From Octopus sinensis (Eukaryota): a DNA stretch of 64,000 nt. Both the position numbers and the translations under genes were made by a program. The stretch spans positions 13,862 through 77,861 of the forward strand of contig NW_021834002.1 in the NCBI RefSeq assembly GCF_006345805.1. The letters are read 5' to 3'. A model generated the notes under the pieces. It made no database searches and had not been told where the DNA came from. It saw nothing but the letters and a program-made list of their open reading frames with translations. Positions 1-11,939 of the stretch are shown here, piece by piece; the stretch's first letter is position 1, and each line of letters starts with the position of its first letter.

Positions 1-305
1 AAACTTCTATACACACCTATATACAGAGTAATACATATGAACATGTCGTAGAGTTTCTGCATATACTTAGATATATCCATGAATGTGTATGCGTAAGTCT
101 GTGTATAAGTATTTATATATGTATATATATATGTTTATGTATATATTTTAGTTAAGCGAGCATAAAATCTGCAAAAATGACTCACTACCGCCAGAATGTT
201 TCATGTCGTTAATGATATTACAGAAATTGACTTCGAGATTTCGCCATTTTTGGGTCTCCTCTGTCGAGACGAATCATCTGAACTACTGCATATGAAATTA
301 ATAAA

Positions 306-465
306 GTAGAAGCTGTGTGGTGAGAAGCATACTTCCCAACCATATTGTCCCGGGTTCAGTCCCACTGTGTGGCACTTTCGGCAATTGTCTTCTACTATAG
401 CCGCGGGCCGACAAAAAGCCTTGTGAGTGGATTTGGTAGGCGGAAACTGAAAGAAGCCCGTCGTA

Positions 466-500
<35 letters not shown>
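306..500 (+). mobile_element. SINE family A, 5' half (tRNA-like head, CORE-like segment, internal (TA)n)
   Basis: B-box GGTTCAGTCC, then ggcactttcggcaattgtcttctactatagcc...aaagaagcccgtcg and (TA)n, as in the other family A copies. Confidence 0.85.
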
Positions 501-502
<2 letters not shown>

Positions 503-1221
503 GTGTGTATGTGTTTTGCGCTTATTAGAGCGGTGTGTGTGTGCGGTGTTAAGTGTGTTGTGTTTTTCCGGGCGGTCTGTGCGTGCGCTCGTCCGTGTGT
601 GTCTGTACATGTGAGTATGTGTGTGTGTGTGTGTGTATGCGTGTGTGTGTGGTGTATGCGTGTGTGTGTGTATGTGTGTGTGTGTGCGTGTGTATCCTTA
701 CAAATGTCACTGCCTGTTATTGTATATTGGAATCACTTGCCGTTCAGATCAACTTTACCTTTCGATCTTTCAGGATCCATTTAAATTAGTGTCAGCTAAG
801 CTCTGCGAGCGATCTAATCGACTTACCCCTTCCGTCAAACTGTTAGTCTTGTGCCAAAATTAGAAAGAATTACCCCCACTCACACACACAGGTATATATA
901 TATATATATATAAATTAGAGATAAAACTACTATTAGGCAACTCAAACAGTGATAGTCATAAACCAAAAGATAAAAAACAAAAAATAGATATAATTAATAT
1001 AGTATACAATATATATATATATATAAAATACAAAATTTAAAATTTAAATTATTAAAATTTGAAATTTTAAAATTTTATTCATATTTATAAAATTTTATAT
1101 TTTTAAATTTTTTGATTTTTTAAATTTTTAATTTTTTAATTTTTAAACTTTTATTTTATTTTTTTTAACTAACCAAAAAGTATAAAAAACTTGAATATAA
1201 TATAAGTATAATAAGTAACAT

Positions 1222-1492
1222 TGTTAATATTGATGGATAATTTATTGTCAATAACAATTACTAATTTGGTGGTAGGTACTATGCGTCCTACTATACGACT
1301 GCCCCTACACATACACAAACACACATATGCATATATATATATATTATGTTTAAATATATTTATTTATATTCATATGTATGTATATATGTGTGTGTTTGTG
1401 TATGTGTGGGGGCAGTCGTATAGTAGGGCACATAGTACGTACGACCAAATTAGTAATTGTTATTGACAATAAATTAGCCATCAATATTAACA
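1222..1492. repeat. Fold-back inverted repeat (~115-bp arms, AT-rich spacer)
   Basis: tgttaatattgatggataatttattgtcaataacaattactaatttgg... is mirrored by ...ccaaattagtaattgttattgacaataaattagccatcaatattaaca. Confidence 0.9.
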
Positions 1493-2975
1493 CACAAGTA
1501 AAACTTCCGATGTCGTTAAAAATGACAGGCCTCAAAAACACAGATTATCCCATTCTGGTGATCTTCCATCGAAGGTAGGGCCAAAACTTAATTTCAAAGT
1601 GTATCTCCTCGCTATTGTATGAGAAAATACTTCAACCTTTAACAGCAACTGTCAAATTAATTTCAATTCAGCTCTGCAACGGAGTAGTCCTCTTGCATCT
1701 CGACTGCTGGTGCTTCTGCTACTGCTGCTCCTACTGCTACTACTGCTTCTTCTTTCTTCTTCTTCTTCTTCTTCTTCTTCTTCTTCTTTATCTTCCAATC
1801 AGGACTCACGCCATTAGCCACAAAGAATCATCTCTAATTCGAGCCTACTCTAAGCTACTAAGAATGCGTGTGGCAACTTGAAGATCCACCAGCATTCTGA
1901 ATACCGAATAAACCAACGCGTGTATGAAACACATTCGCTTGTAATACAGAATACACTCACCTGTTTACGACTGAAAAAATATCAATGTATCTACTAATTA
2001 GCAAGCCATAACACGAAACGAATGGCAACCCGCATTTTTATGCCTAAAAAATAGCGAAGTCAAACAAAAACCGGACCCGCTAAAGCCTACTCGCAGGTTT
2101 TAAAGGGTTAACATCACGAAGTAAAAGCCATAATTTTATAGCACACAAGCTCTGAAATAATATTTTACTTGGTACTTTCAGAGTCATCAACCAGTAATGA
2201 TACGGTTTACAGCAATAATTTCGGTCCTGTTACTTAATTTTATTACATTTAGCTTCGTATACAACAGATGGTATATACCTCACGTACTAAAACGAATTAT
2301 ATTCACCGAGCAAAACAGCGCTGATGACGGTAGTTTTATTGATTCATTTTGTACTACTTGCTAGAACAAACGATCGTTCATCTAATTAAATTGTTTTAAT
2401 TGTTTATATATGATACTACTTACAATTAAGCGTTAATGCAGTCCATCATTATAAGTGGAAGCAAGTAAACTAAAGTGCAACGGTTTTAAATTAAGTGTAT
2501 AGTTGCAATATTCGCCTTAGGATTAGTTTTTGTGAAACCCGGTGGCAAATCAAAACGCTCAATAAAATGTCTGTCAATCTATGTTTTATTTACCCATCTC
2601 TCTCTCTCGCTCTCTCTCTCTCACTCACTCACTCTCTCGCTCTCTCTCTTGCTCTCTCTCTCTCTCTTTCTTGCTCTCTCCCTCTCTTTCTCTCTAAAGA
2701 TATATATATATTTCATATTCCTTATACTTTAAACGATATACGAATACAGAAACACGCGCGCGCAAATATAATATGTGTGTGTGTGTATGTATATATATAT
2801 ATGTATATGTATGAATATATGTATGTATATATATATGTAAATATATATACACACGTATGTACGTATGGGAATACATGCACATTCATATATAATATATATA
2901 TATATATATATGCGTGTGTGAATGCATGTATGTGTGTATACATTCATATATAACGTACATATGAACATATAATCA

Positions 2976-3140
2976 TATACAGGGTATTCGGACTAAATTC
3001 AACGATTTTTCTGTCTGCTTTTTGTTTTTTAGGAACAGCTTCATGTATTGGTGAGATTGGTGAACACTCGACAACGTTGTAGAGTTTAGCGATGAAAGTT
3101 GTGTGGTTGAGAAAATTTAACTGACATGGTAGAACGGAGG
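2976..3140 (+). mobile_element. Tc1/mariner-like terminal remnant
   Basis: TA-CAGGGT start typical of Tc1/mariner TIRs; a related diverged stretch lies at ~14200-14340. Confidence 0.4.
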
Positions 3141-3344
3141 TCATCTGTAAAGTCACAGCAATGACAAAACCACTCGCTACGAGGAGGGAACTGATGCGAG
3201 TAGTCTCGCTTGCCTATGACATGCACTCAGGTGTTTTTAACACCAGCTGTATTGGGAATATATTCTCTAATGCCTAAAACGCAGCCGACCCACGAACTAA
3301 CAGCACACACACACACTTTGTGTAGGTGTATTCGATATTGTTTC

Positions 3345-3348
3345 TATG

Positions 3349-3386
<38 letters not shown>

Positions 3387-3403
3387 CATACATACATAGA
3401 TAC

Positions 3404-3438
<35 letters not shown>

Positions 3439-3451
3439 CATAGATAGATAC

Positions 3452-3482
<31 letters not shown>
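3345..3482. repeat. (GATA)n microsatellite
   Basis: Direct inspection. Confidence 0.95.
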
Positions 3483-3483
<1 letters not shown>

Positions 3484-3638
3484 GGTAATAATTATTATTA
3501 AAATTATGATTTAGGGTAACTAAGAGATACCTACACGCTGTAAATATCAGCCAAAGCTTAACTCTAAAACACATTTGAAGGTTTTTATTCCATGCTGCCA
3601 CTTGATAAGATCGCTAATTAAATTAATGATCTTATCCG

Positions 3639-3678
<40 letters not shown>

Positions 3679-3899
3679 AATATTATATTATATATATAGG
3701 AGTGGCTGTGCGGTATTACGAGGATGTGAACACATCGTCATCGCTTGTCACGCGATTGTAGGGAGAACAAACACAGACACAAACAGGGTCATCGCCTGAG
3801 TGGTGTAAAGGTTTCTTCCGCCAGGTGTAAGGAATCGCCAACAAATGTTGGATGCAGCGACGTGCTGTGCAGCACATGACTCCATACTACCATTACACT

Positions 3900-4212
3900 T
3901 GATGCTGCTGCTGCTGCTGTTACTACACCTACTACTACTACTACTACTACTACTAATAATAATATAATAAGAAGAAGAAGAAGAAGAAGAAGAGAAGAAG
4001 AAGAGAAGAAGAAGAAGAAGAAGAAGCAGCAAGAGAGAAAGAGAAAGAAGAGAAGAAAGAAGAAGAAGAAGAGAAGAAGAAGAAGAAGAAGAAGAAGAAG
4101 AAGAAGAAGAAGAAGAAGAAAGAAGAAGAAGAAGAAGAAGAAGAAGAAGAAGAAGAAGAAGAAGATAGAAGAAAGAAGAAGAAGAAGGAGAAGAAGAAGA
4201 AGAAGAAGAAGA
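3900..4212. repeat. Compound (CTG)/(CTA)/(AAT)/(AAG)n microsatellite
   Basis: Direct inspection; accounts for the poly-L/F/S ORFs here. Confidence 0.95.
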
Positions 4213-5025
4213 ATATGTACCTGCGCGTACACGTTATTGACACGGCTCAAGAGGGCCGAAATGTCGTGTTCTCGCTAGGAGCTCCTGGGACGTTGTTTGG
4301 TCTCCCTTCTATATATATTGTGATTTTAATACGGCACATCCATAAAAGATTCCATCAAGGGCAAAAATTCAGCCCCTTGCATGCCAGTAGTGTATATACG
4401 CTTTTTGTAATTGCGTTCACAGTGTTTATTAGAAGATTCATTTTTGAGGAACAATCTTCCAAGTTTAAAGAGCAAGATATCAAGTTTCAAGTCACAGAAT
4501 CTCCTGGCAGAACTCTGTCAAAGTTTCCAAAGAAGAATCAATAATTATCATTGCAATTACATTCACCAGCTGTTGCGAATTTTTATTTAATTGCACATTT
4601 AAATTCTACATGAAACGTTGTACGGTATGCGAATCTGTCTGGAGATAAGCTGGCAGGATATAAAAATGACATGTAACTCCTATTGAATAGTTTAAAAAAA
4701 AACAGAAATAGAGAGTCAGTAAGGGCAATTCTGAGAATTAATTATACATTGATGCCACATAAAATTGCGGAAAACCAATTATGCCTCGAAATTTTCTTTG
4801 TGTTTATTTCGGTTTCGCTAATCTTCTGAGTTATCAACGTTGCCGTTGCCACATTGTTAGTGTTGCTGTGTGAGCCATTAAGAGGGAAAAGTAACGCAAG
4901 ATTGCTATCGTCTGTTTGTCTTTATTGATGGCAGCCATCTTAGACGTCGACTTTATGTTTGTCTTAAAAGAATGCGTATAAAGTGCGGCTAACGTTTGAA
5001 GCAGTTTATATATACATGTGTGTGT

Positions 5026-5108
<83 letters not shown>

Positions 5109-5719
5109 GAAAGTATCATTTATCAATTCAGACAGCCCCAAACAACCGATGGCTGTAGTGGATGTACCGGTTGACCTGTTTACTTCAAATTTCTTTGAAG
5201 ATGGTCATGGCATGAATGAGATCGAACAAAGCAATGTCCCTCACATCTGCAGACTGAATAGCAAAGTGAGTCCAACATCACTACACACACCTCCATCCCC
5301 GTCTAACTACCATTCCTCCTTCTCTTTCCATCACCTTCTCTTTCTCCACACCAAATGCTCACAGAAATATCTTCATAACTCATTCAACCTTCCCACTGGT
5401 CAAAAGAGGTTAACATCCCTCTGTTAAAAATCCACTAATGTTATATCGCCTGAAGAAATGAATCTATGAATATGATCTAGCAAAGCCCACGGACACTACG
5501 GACTACACTGTAATCATCCCAGAAATACGAACTGTGATCGTAAGAGACATGTGATTGATGGAAACGCGCGTAGCCATGCATTGAATGTTCACAAATTCCA
5601 TCCAAGGATTTATTACATATACTTACACACACACACACATACATATATACATACATACATACATGTATATATATATATATATAGATCGCCATGTTGATTC
5701 GTTAGCTACTGCACGCATT

Positions 5720-5905
5720 TTTTTTTCTTTTTCTCTCCTTTTTTTTCTCTCCTTCTTTGTGTGTTTTTTTTCTCTCTGTGTATCTTTCTGTTGAAGAACG
5801 TAGGCTCAAAACGTTAAAGACTTGTTTTATTTATATTTCCTGAGCGCCATACTAATACAATTGTTCGTTTGTTTTCCACCTGCCTTCGTCTTTTGTCTAT
5901 TTTCA
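5720..5905 (+). mobile_element. Penelope-like end repeat, family P4 (hammerhead-like motif with CUGUUGA core)
   Basis: Homologous to 35590-35800(-), 59820-59990(-) and 14372-14480(+). The Penelope assignment is inferred from the ribozyme-like motif and (TA)n flank. Confidence 0.6.
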
Positions 5906-5917
5906 TAAAGCTTCCCG

Positions 5918-5959
<42 letters not shown>

Positions 5960-5985
5960 AATATATATATATGTAATATATATAT

Positions 5986-6038
<53 letters not shown>

Positions 6039-7189
6039 ATATATATATATCTATATATATATAAGGTACGAGATATTGTCGTCAGGGTGACTCAAACCAA
6101 CAGGCATGCACTCTGAGTGCTCAAATTTGTATACCATTAAAATTCTGGTTTTCTGACTACCTTTCCAAAGCGGCTAGAAGTGGATTCCTCTTGAGCCGCT
6201 AGGTATACATTAAAGTAGAAATGAAAAGGCACAGGGTTTGAAATCACTTGACAATGACATTCTACATACATGCATAAGTATACATTCTTCTTCTCGCAAA
6301 GGACAACATGTGTATGCATGTATTTGTGTATATTATATTTAATGTATCTGTAACATCTTATTTTATCCTATCTTATCTCTACTATATTGGAGAAAGCTGC
6401 TTATTAATTAGTCATGTAACAATTACTAAAAGTACTAAATGAAAGCAATTATTAAAGAGTTGACCATCTGGAAATATTTTTATAAATTCATGTTCCAAGA
6501 AATTTCCTATAATTTCGATTTCTCAAGTTTATTGAGTTTTTAAACTCTAGTTTCTCGCAAATTTAAATATTCATTGCATTCACTGCGTCCAATTCATCAC
6601 AAATGTAAATATTAATTCCATTCACTGAGCAGTATTCCATTTTCATTTGCAAAGTCTCTTCACTTTCTTTTTTAATATTTTCATTTAAAGTTTTAATTCG
6701 CTATTTGGAAAGACGACCATTTATTCTATTAACGTAAAAACATTATTTATTGAATTAAATTTTTTTTAAATATTCGTATAATTTTTGTAAAAAGAAATTT
6801 AAAGTAATTTTGTTGTTATTGCCGTTTGGAACGCTATATGCCTTACAATAGTAACTATCTGGACCGATTTCGGCCATTTTCATTTATTTTCGGTAAGAAA
6901 ACAAAAAGCAAATAATAAATATTTTCAGAGGAAAAGGTAAACAATTGAAGGGAGGCTTTGCTGCTGTTTCTAGCACACCCCAAACCACCCTCCGCTTTCA
7001 CCCTCACATGTATTAATGTTTTTTCAATAGTTTTATCCTGTTAAACTCATTTTATGGAATGATGATACCGAAGTAACACACGCGTGATCCATTGGTGAAA
7101 GAAAAGCAACACAATAATTTGTAGTCTCAATTTTTACCCACACCTGAATCGAGCGAAACCATTCGTGGTGTGTGTTGTGTGTGTTGTGT

Positions 7190-7238
<49 letters not shown>

Positions 7239-7349
7239 GTGTGCGTGTGTGTGTGTGTGTTTTTGTGTATGTGTAAGAAAAAACATTTTCTATCCGAAAA
7301 GTATGCTATGAAAATGAATTATTTTTTGCATAACTTTTTTATTTAAATC

Positions 7350-7983
7350 AACAATTGCAGCATGGAAGATATTTGTAAGCTATTCAAGAACACGCAAAAA
7401 CCGTTAGTTTCCCTTCGGCATTTAAATTTCATTTGAATGAAAATATATTCGTCGCTTCAAAATTGCCACCTGTTCACTGACAAAATTTCATGCTGCAACA
7501 CTTTCGTTAAGTTTTGTCAGTGAACAGGTCCCGTTTTCAAAGTGATGAAAATATTTTGACACAAATGAAATTGAAATGTTGAAGTCAATCTAACAGTTTT
7601 TGTGTGTTCTTGAATGGCTTCTAAACATCTTCCATGCTGCAAAGTATATCTCCGTAATATTTTAAAATCACTGTGAATAAATTCCAGCAATGACCTTCTC
7701 GGGATCTCCAATTTTTAAATTTCTAAACAGAAAAAATAGGGGGAAGAAAGTGGGGTTGCAAAATTCTCTATTTTATAGCATATAAATGTATTTATGGGGG
7801 TAAATATTTATGGTTTAAAATATTGACAAAATTCCGTGCTGCACAAAACTTTTTCAGTGAACAGGTTGCGGTCTCAAAGCGGCGAAAATATTTTGGCAAA
7901 TTAAATTTAAATGTTGAAGTGAATCTAACGGTTTTTGTGTGTTTCTTAAATGGCTTATAAACACCTTCCACGCTGCAATTGTT
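7350..7983. mobile_element. MITE / fold-back element with ~135-bp TIRs and a third internal arm (7510-7642)
   Basis: aacaattgcagcatggaag... at 7350 mirrored by ...cttccacgctgcaattgtt at 7983; an extra copy of the right arm ends at 7642. Confidence 0.75.
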
Positions 7984-8344
7984 TTCGTTCCAGCACACGA
8001 TCTTAGATCAAGTCACTTGCTATGCAAGTACGTCTCCGTAATTATATATAACAATAACTGGGGGGTTTTTTGGGTTTTTTAACATGGCTTAAGCACATTG
8101 TGCTCTTCTGCTAATAAATTTGATTTGATTTGATTTGATTTAACAATTGTACAGCAAAAACGCCCCCAATGACCATCCGCAGTTCTCAAGCTAGCCAGGG
8201 ACGCAGAGACTATGGCTTGTATTTACTTGACTATGATACGAGGCTACGTATATTTATAAGGATTTAAGTAAACGTATCCTTCACCAAGGGACAGAAGAAA
8301 ATACGAAGGTACCTGATCCCAACAAATGACTCCGATGCGCGTGA

Positions 8345-8467
8345 ACTCTGCAGGAAAAGGCAGAAATGATCAAGGAAATACGTGATGGTGAGAGCTTTAC
8401 TGCTGCGAGCCACGAGCTTGGGGTCAATGAATTTACCATTCGCTCCGTTTATAAAGAGCATGAAGAT
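8345..8467 (+). mobile_element. pogo/Tigger (CENP-B N-terminal HTH) transposase remnant
   Basis: Translates TLQEKAEMIKEIRDGESFTAASHELGVNEFTIRSVYKEHED, matching the TLxEK...GES...GxNESTIRxIxK pattern of Tigger N-termini; preceded by an in-frame stop. Confidence 0.55.
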
Positions 8468-9156
8468 GACACATTTATCGCTGATTCATATATCACTGTG
8501 GGTTTTACTATTAATTTTTTTTAACCAAACACCTTCGATAAATGAACGTGTATATATTTGTCTATGAACAATGCCTGGTCCATTTGCAACGGAAGATTCC
8601 AACAAGCTATTATTTTAATAGTTAAACAAACGCAACGGATAATAAATACTTGCAACGGAACAACAAAACCGTAAACGCGAAAAAATACAAATTATACATT
8701 TATATTTATTTATTTATTCATTTATTTATTTACTGTGTTTTTCTGGGTTTTTTTTTATTTCCTACTGATAATCACTTTTATCGTCCATGCTGCTCCGATA
8801 TATTGTACATCAAAATGTATTTGTCTAATAAAATAAACTAACATTGATATCTCTGCATAGCCTCACACCTGTAGTCGTTAATCCGACATCGAGATGCCAA
8901 CGAACAAAAAAAATATTATTCCAAACTCACCAATTACCCCGAAAAATTACAAATTCAATTCTTATCTGTTTACTGCCAAGTCATTTTGTCAAAAACAGAT
9001 AAAAACTAATGGCGCTGTAAAACGCTTATCAACATCATACCGCTCTCTGCGTTTGTTTGTTTGTTTAGACTAATAAACAAATATGGCAACTGCTGTTATT
9101 TAGCTTATGTCGCGATGTTGCTGGTTCTTACTGAACACGTAGTAGTATATGTGTAT

Positions 9157-9538
9157 GGAGGCGCAATGGCCCAGTGGTTAGGGCAGCGGACTCGCGGTCG
9201 TAGGATCGCGGTTTCGATTCCCAGACCGGGCGTTGTGAGTGTTTATAGAGCGAAAACACCTAAATCTCCACGTGGCTCCGGCAGGGATGGTGGTGATCCC
9301 TGCTGTACTCTTTCACCACAACTTTCTCTCACTCTTACTTCCTGTTTCTGTTGTACCTGTATTTCAAAGGGCCGGCCTTGTCACTCTCTGTGTCACGCTG
9401 AATATCCCCGAGAACTACGTTAAGGGTACACGTGTCTGTGGAGTGCTCAGCCACTTACACGTTAATTTCACGAGCAGGCTGTTCCGTTGATCGGATCAAC
9501 CGGAACCCTCATCGTCGTAACCGACGGAGTGCTCCCAC
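9157..9538 (+). mobile_element. SINE family C, full length, with TSD
   Basis: tRNA-like head ggaggcgcaatggcccagtggttagggc...gtttcgattcc; TSD atatgtgtat at 9147-9156 and 9539-9548. Confidence 0.92.
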
Positions 9539-9711
9539 ATATGTGTATACACATTATGTTTATATGGGTGCAAGTATAAATACATACATACATATATATA
9601 TATATGTATACATATATATATTTATATACATATATATACATAAATATATATACATGCATATATATATAAATATATATACTTTATTTTAAAGCAGCAGAAA
9701 TATAACAAAAG

Positions 9712-9749
9712 CTGTTACTCAGAGTTTCACGTTCCGGTTCGTCGGACAG
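9712..9749 (-). ncRNA. Type I hammerhead ribozyme-like motif (family P1)
   Basis: Minus strand: CUGU-CCGACGA-ACC(GGAA)CGU-GAA-ACUC(U)GAGU-A^ACAG. All three stems present; deviations are U4C in the core and one C-C mismatch in stem II. Confidence 0.65.
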
Positions 9750-9844
9750 TTTCTGCTGCTTTTAAATAAAGCATATTACTCTGCCTCTGGTATTTGAGTA
9801 CTCTCTTTTCCACCTTGTTTCACATTTATGTGCTTACTCCGGTG

Positions 9845-9896
<52 letters not shown>

Positions 9897-10533
9897 AATA
9901 AAATAGAACATATGCATATATATAAACATATATGTACGTACCTACCTCTACATGTACATATACACGCATATATGTGTACAGGACACCAAAAAGACGTCGA
10001 ACACATAGAGAGACGAAAAAACATAGACACAAACCAAGGAACAAGACAAGCAAAAAAAGAGATACAGGACAATAAGCACAACGAAAAATCCCCTTCTTCA
10101 GTCGCTAAGGTTTCATCTACTAAACGTTTCGAAGGATAAAAGCGAGACGTATACTTCGAAGAAAACTTCCTTCCTGCGAAAAGCAAATCAATTAAAATTC
10201 TGAGATCTTTTCGCAGAGGGGTAAAAAAAGCAAGACGGTAACGACAGTACAAACATATAAACAGTAAAAAATATATATATAAACAGTGGGAAAATAAATA
10301 TATAACAGTGAGAGACAGGACAAGGAGAACAAGATAAAAAGGGCTGTTAACGCCAGACGAAAAAAGTATTGCAAACGCTGGATTATAGTGGACGACGAGA
10401 GAAAAAATGTCGACCAGTAGCCTTAGAAGGCGGCGAGAAAAGACAGGATAGCAGTTACGACGGAAGTATCGTCGCAGATGGACGACGGGAATGGGGGAGG
10501 AGGAGCAAGAGGAAGATATATATATATATATAT

Positions 10534-10566
<33 letters not shown>

Positions 10567-10607
10567 CATATATATGTGTGTGTGTTTGTGTATAATAGCG
10601 TATATAT

Positions 10608-11160
10608 GTGCATGCAGTAAGAAGTAAGAATCTTGTTTTCCAACCACATGATTCTGGGTTCAGTCCCACTGCATGGCACATTGAGCAAGTTTCTTCTAAT
10701 ATAATCGCGGGCCGACCAAAGCCCAAAGCCTTGTTAGTAGATTTGGTAGACGGAAACTGAAAAAAGCCCGTCGCATATGTGTGTGTGTTTGAAGGCGGCG
10801 AGCTGGCAGAAACGTTAGCGCGCCGGGCGAAATGCTTAGCCGTTACGTTCTGAGTTCAAATTCCGCCGAGGTCGACTTTGCCTTTCATCCTTTCTGGGTC
10901 AATAAATAAAGTACCAGTTACGCACTGGGGTCGATGTAATCGACTTAATCCCTTTGTCTTTGTTTGTCCCCTCTATGTTTATCCCCTTGTGGGCAATAAA
11001 GAAATATATGCCTGTGTGTTTGTGTGTGTGTGTGTGTGTCTTTATGTGTGTGTTTGTCTCTCACGATCACTTCACTACCGGTACTGGTGTGTTTACGTAC
11101 CCGTAACTGAGCGGGTCGACAAAAGATACCGATAGAATAAGTACGAGGCTTTAAAATATA
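10608..11160 (+). mobile_element. SINE family A with a family B SINE (10794-11006) nested in its internal microsatellite
   Basis: A 5' half ends in cccgtcgcatatgtgtg, B runs ggcggcgagctggcag...aataaagaaata, then the A 3' half resumes. Confidence 0.85.
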
Positions 11161-11199
11161 AAAATATAAGGACTGGGATGGGGGTGCGATTTATTCGAC

Positions 11200-11900
11200 A
11201 AAAAAAAATTTCCAAAATACCGCTAAGCATTTCGCCCGGCATGTTAACGTTTGTTATTTCTTTACTGCCCACAAGGGGCTAAACACAGAAGGGACAAACA
11301 AGAACAGACAAATGGATTAAGTCGATTATATCGACCCCAGTGCGTAACTGGTACTTAATTTATCGACCCCGAAAGGATGAAAGGCAAAGTCGACCTCGGC
11401 GGAATTTGAACTCAGAACGTAACGGCAGACGAAATACCGCTAAGCATTCCGCCCGGCGTGCTAACGTTTCTGCCAGCTCGCCGCCTTTAACTGAATTAAA
11501 TATTCTTTTCTATTCTAGGCACAAGATCCGAAATTTTTGGGGTGGGGCCAGTCGATTGGATCGACCTCAATACGCAACTGGTACTAAATTTATTGACCCC
11601 GAAATGATGAGAGACAAAGTGGATCTGGATGGAATTTGAACTCAGAACGTTGCGGCAGACGAAATAGTTATTTCTTTACTACCCACAGGGGGCTAAATAC
11701 AGAAGGGACAAACAATGACAGACAAACAGATTAAGTCGATTATATCGACCCCATGTGTAACTGGTACTTATTTAATTGACCCCGAAAGGATGAAAGGCAA
11801 AGTCGACCTCGACGGAATTTGAACTCAGAACGTAGTGGCAGACGAAATACCGCTGAGAATTTCGCCCGGCGTGCTAACCACTCTGCCAGCTCACCGTCTT
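11200..11900 (-). mobile_element. Tandem array of ~4 family B SINE copies
   Basis: Repeated tcgaccccgaaaggatgaaaggcaaagtcgacctcggcggaatttgaactcagaacg. Confidence 0.9.
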
Positions 11901-11939
11901 TACGTGTAAAATTAATATTACAATGCAACTTGGCATGGA

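Noticed and set aside
184-287. Exon candidates at 184-287(-), ~1810-1896(-) and 27369-27403(+)
   Set aside because: Plausible splice words but stops in all three frames; could only be non-coding or terminal.
4228-4275. Hammerhead-like GGCUC..GGGCC-GAAAU-GUC
   Set aside because: No CUGANGA core; at best a decayed Penelope-like end.
9157-9235. tRNA-like sequences as tRNA genes (also 26230, 38105, 53500, 57993)
   Set aside because: They are SINE heads continuous with repeat bodies, lack full cloverleaf acceptor stems, and some are flanked by TSDs.
10085-10140. Permuted hammerhead (GAAAC before CUGANGA) here and at ~34615-34640 and ~46655-46680, all minus strand
   Set aside because: The word order recurs, but I could not build consistent stems I and II; left as unexplained.
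9776-10726. Longest ORF (316 aa)
   Set aside because: It runs through a SINE head, two (TA)n tracts and a Penelope-like end; no domain, no coherent composition.
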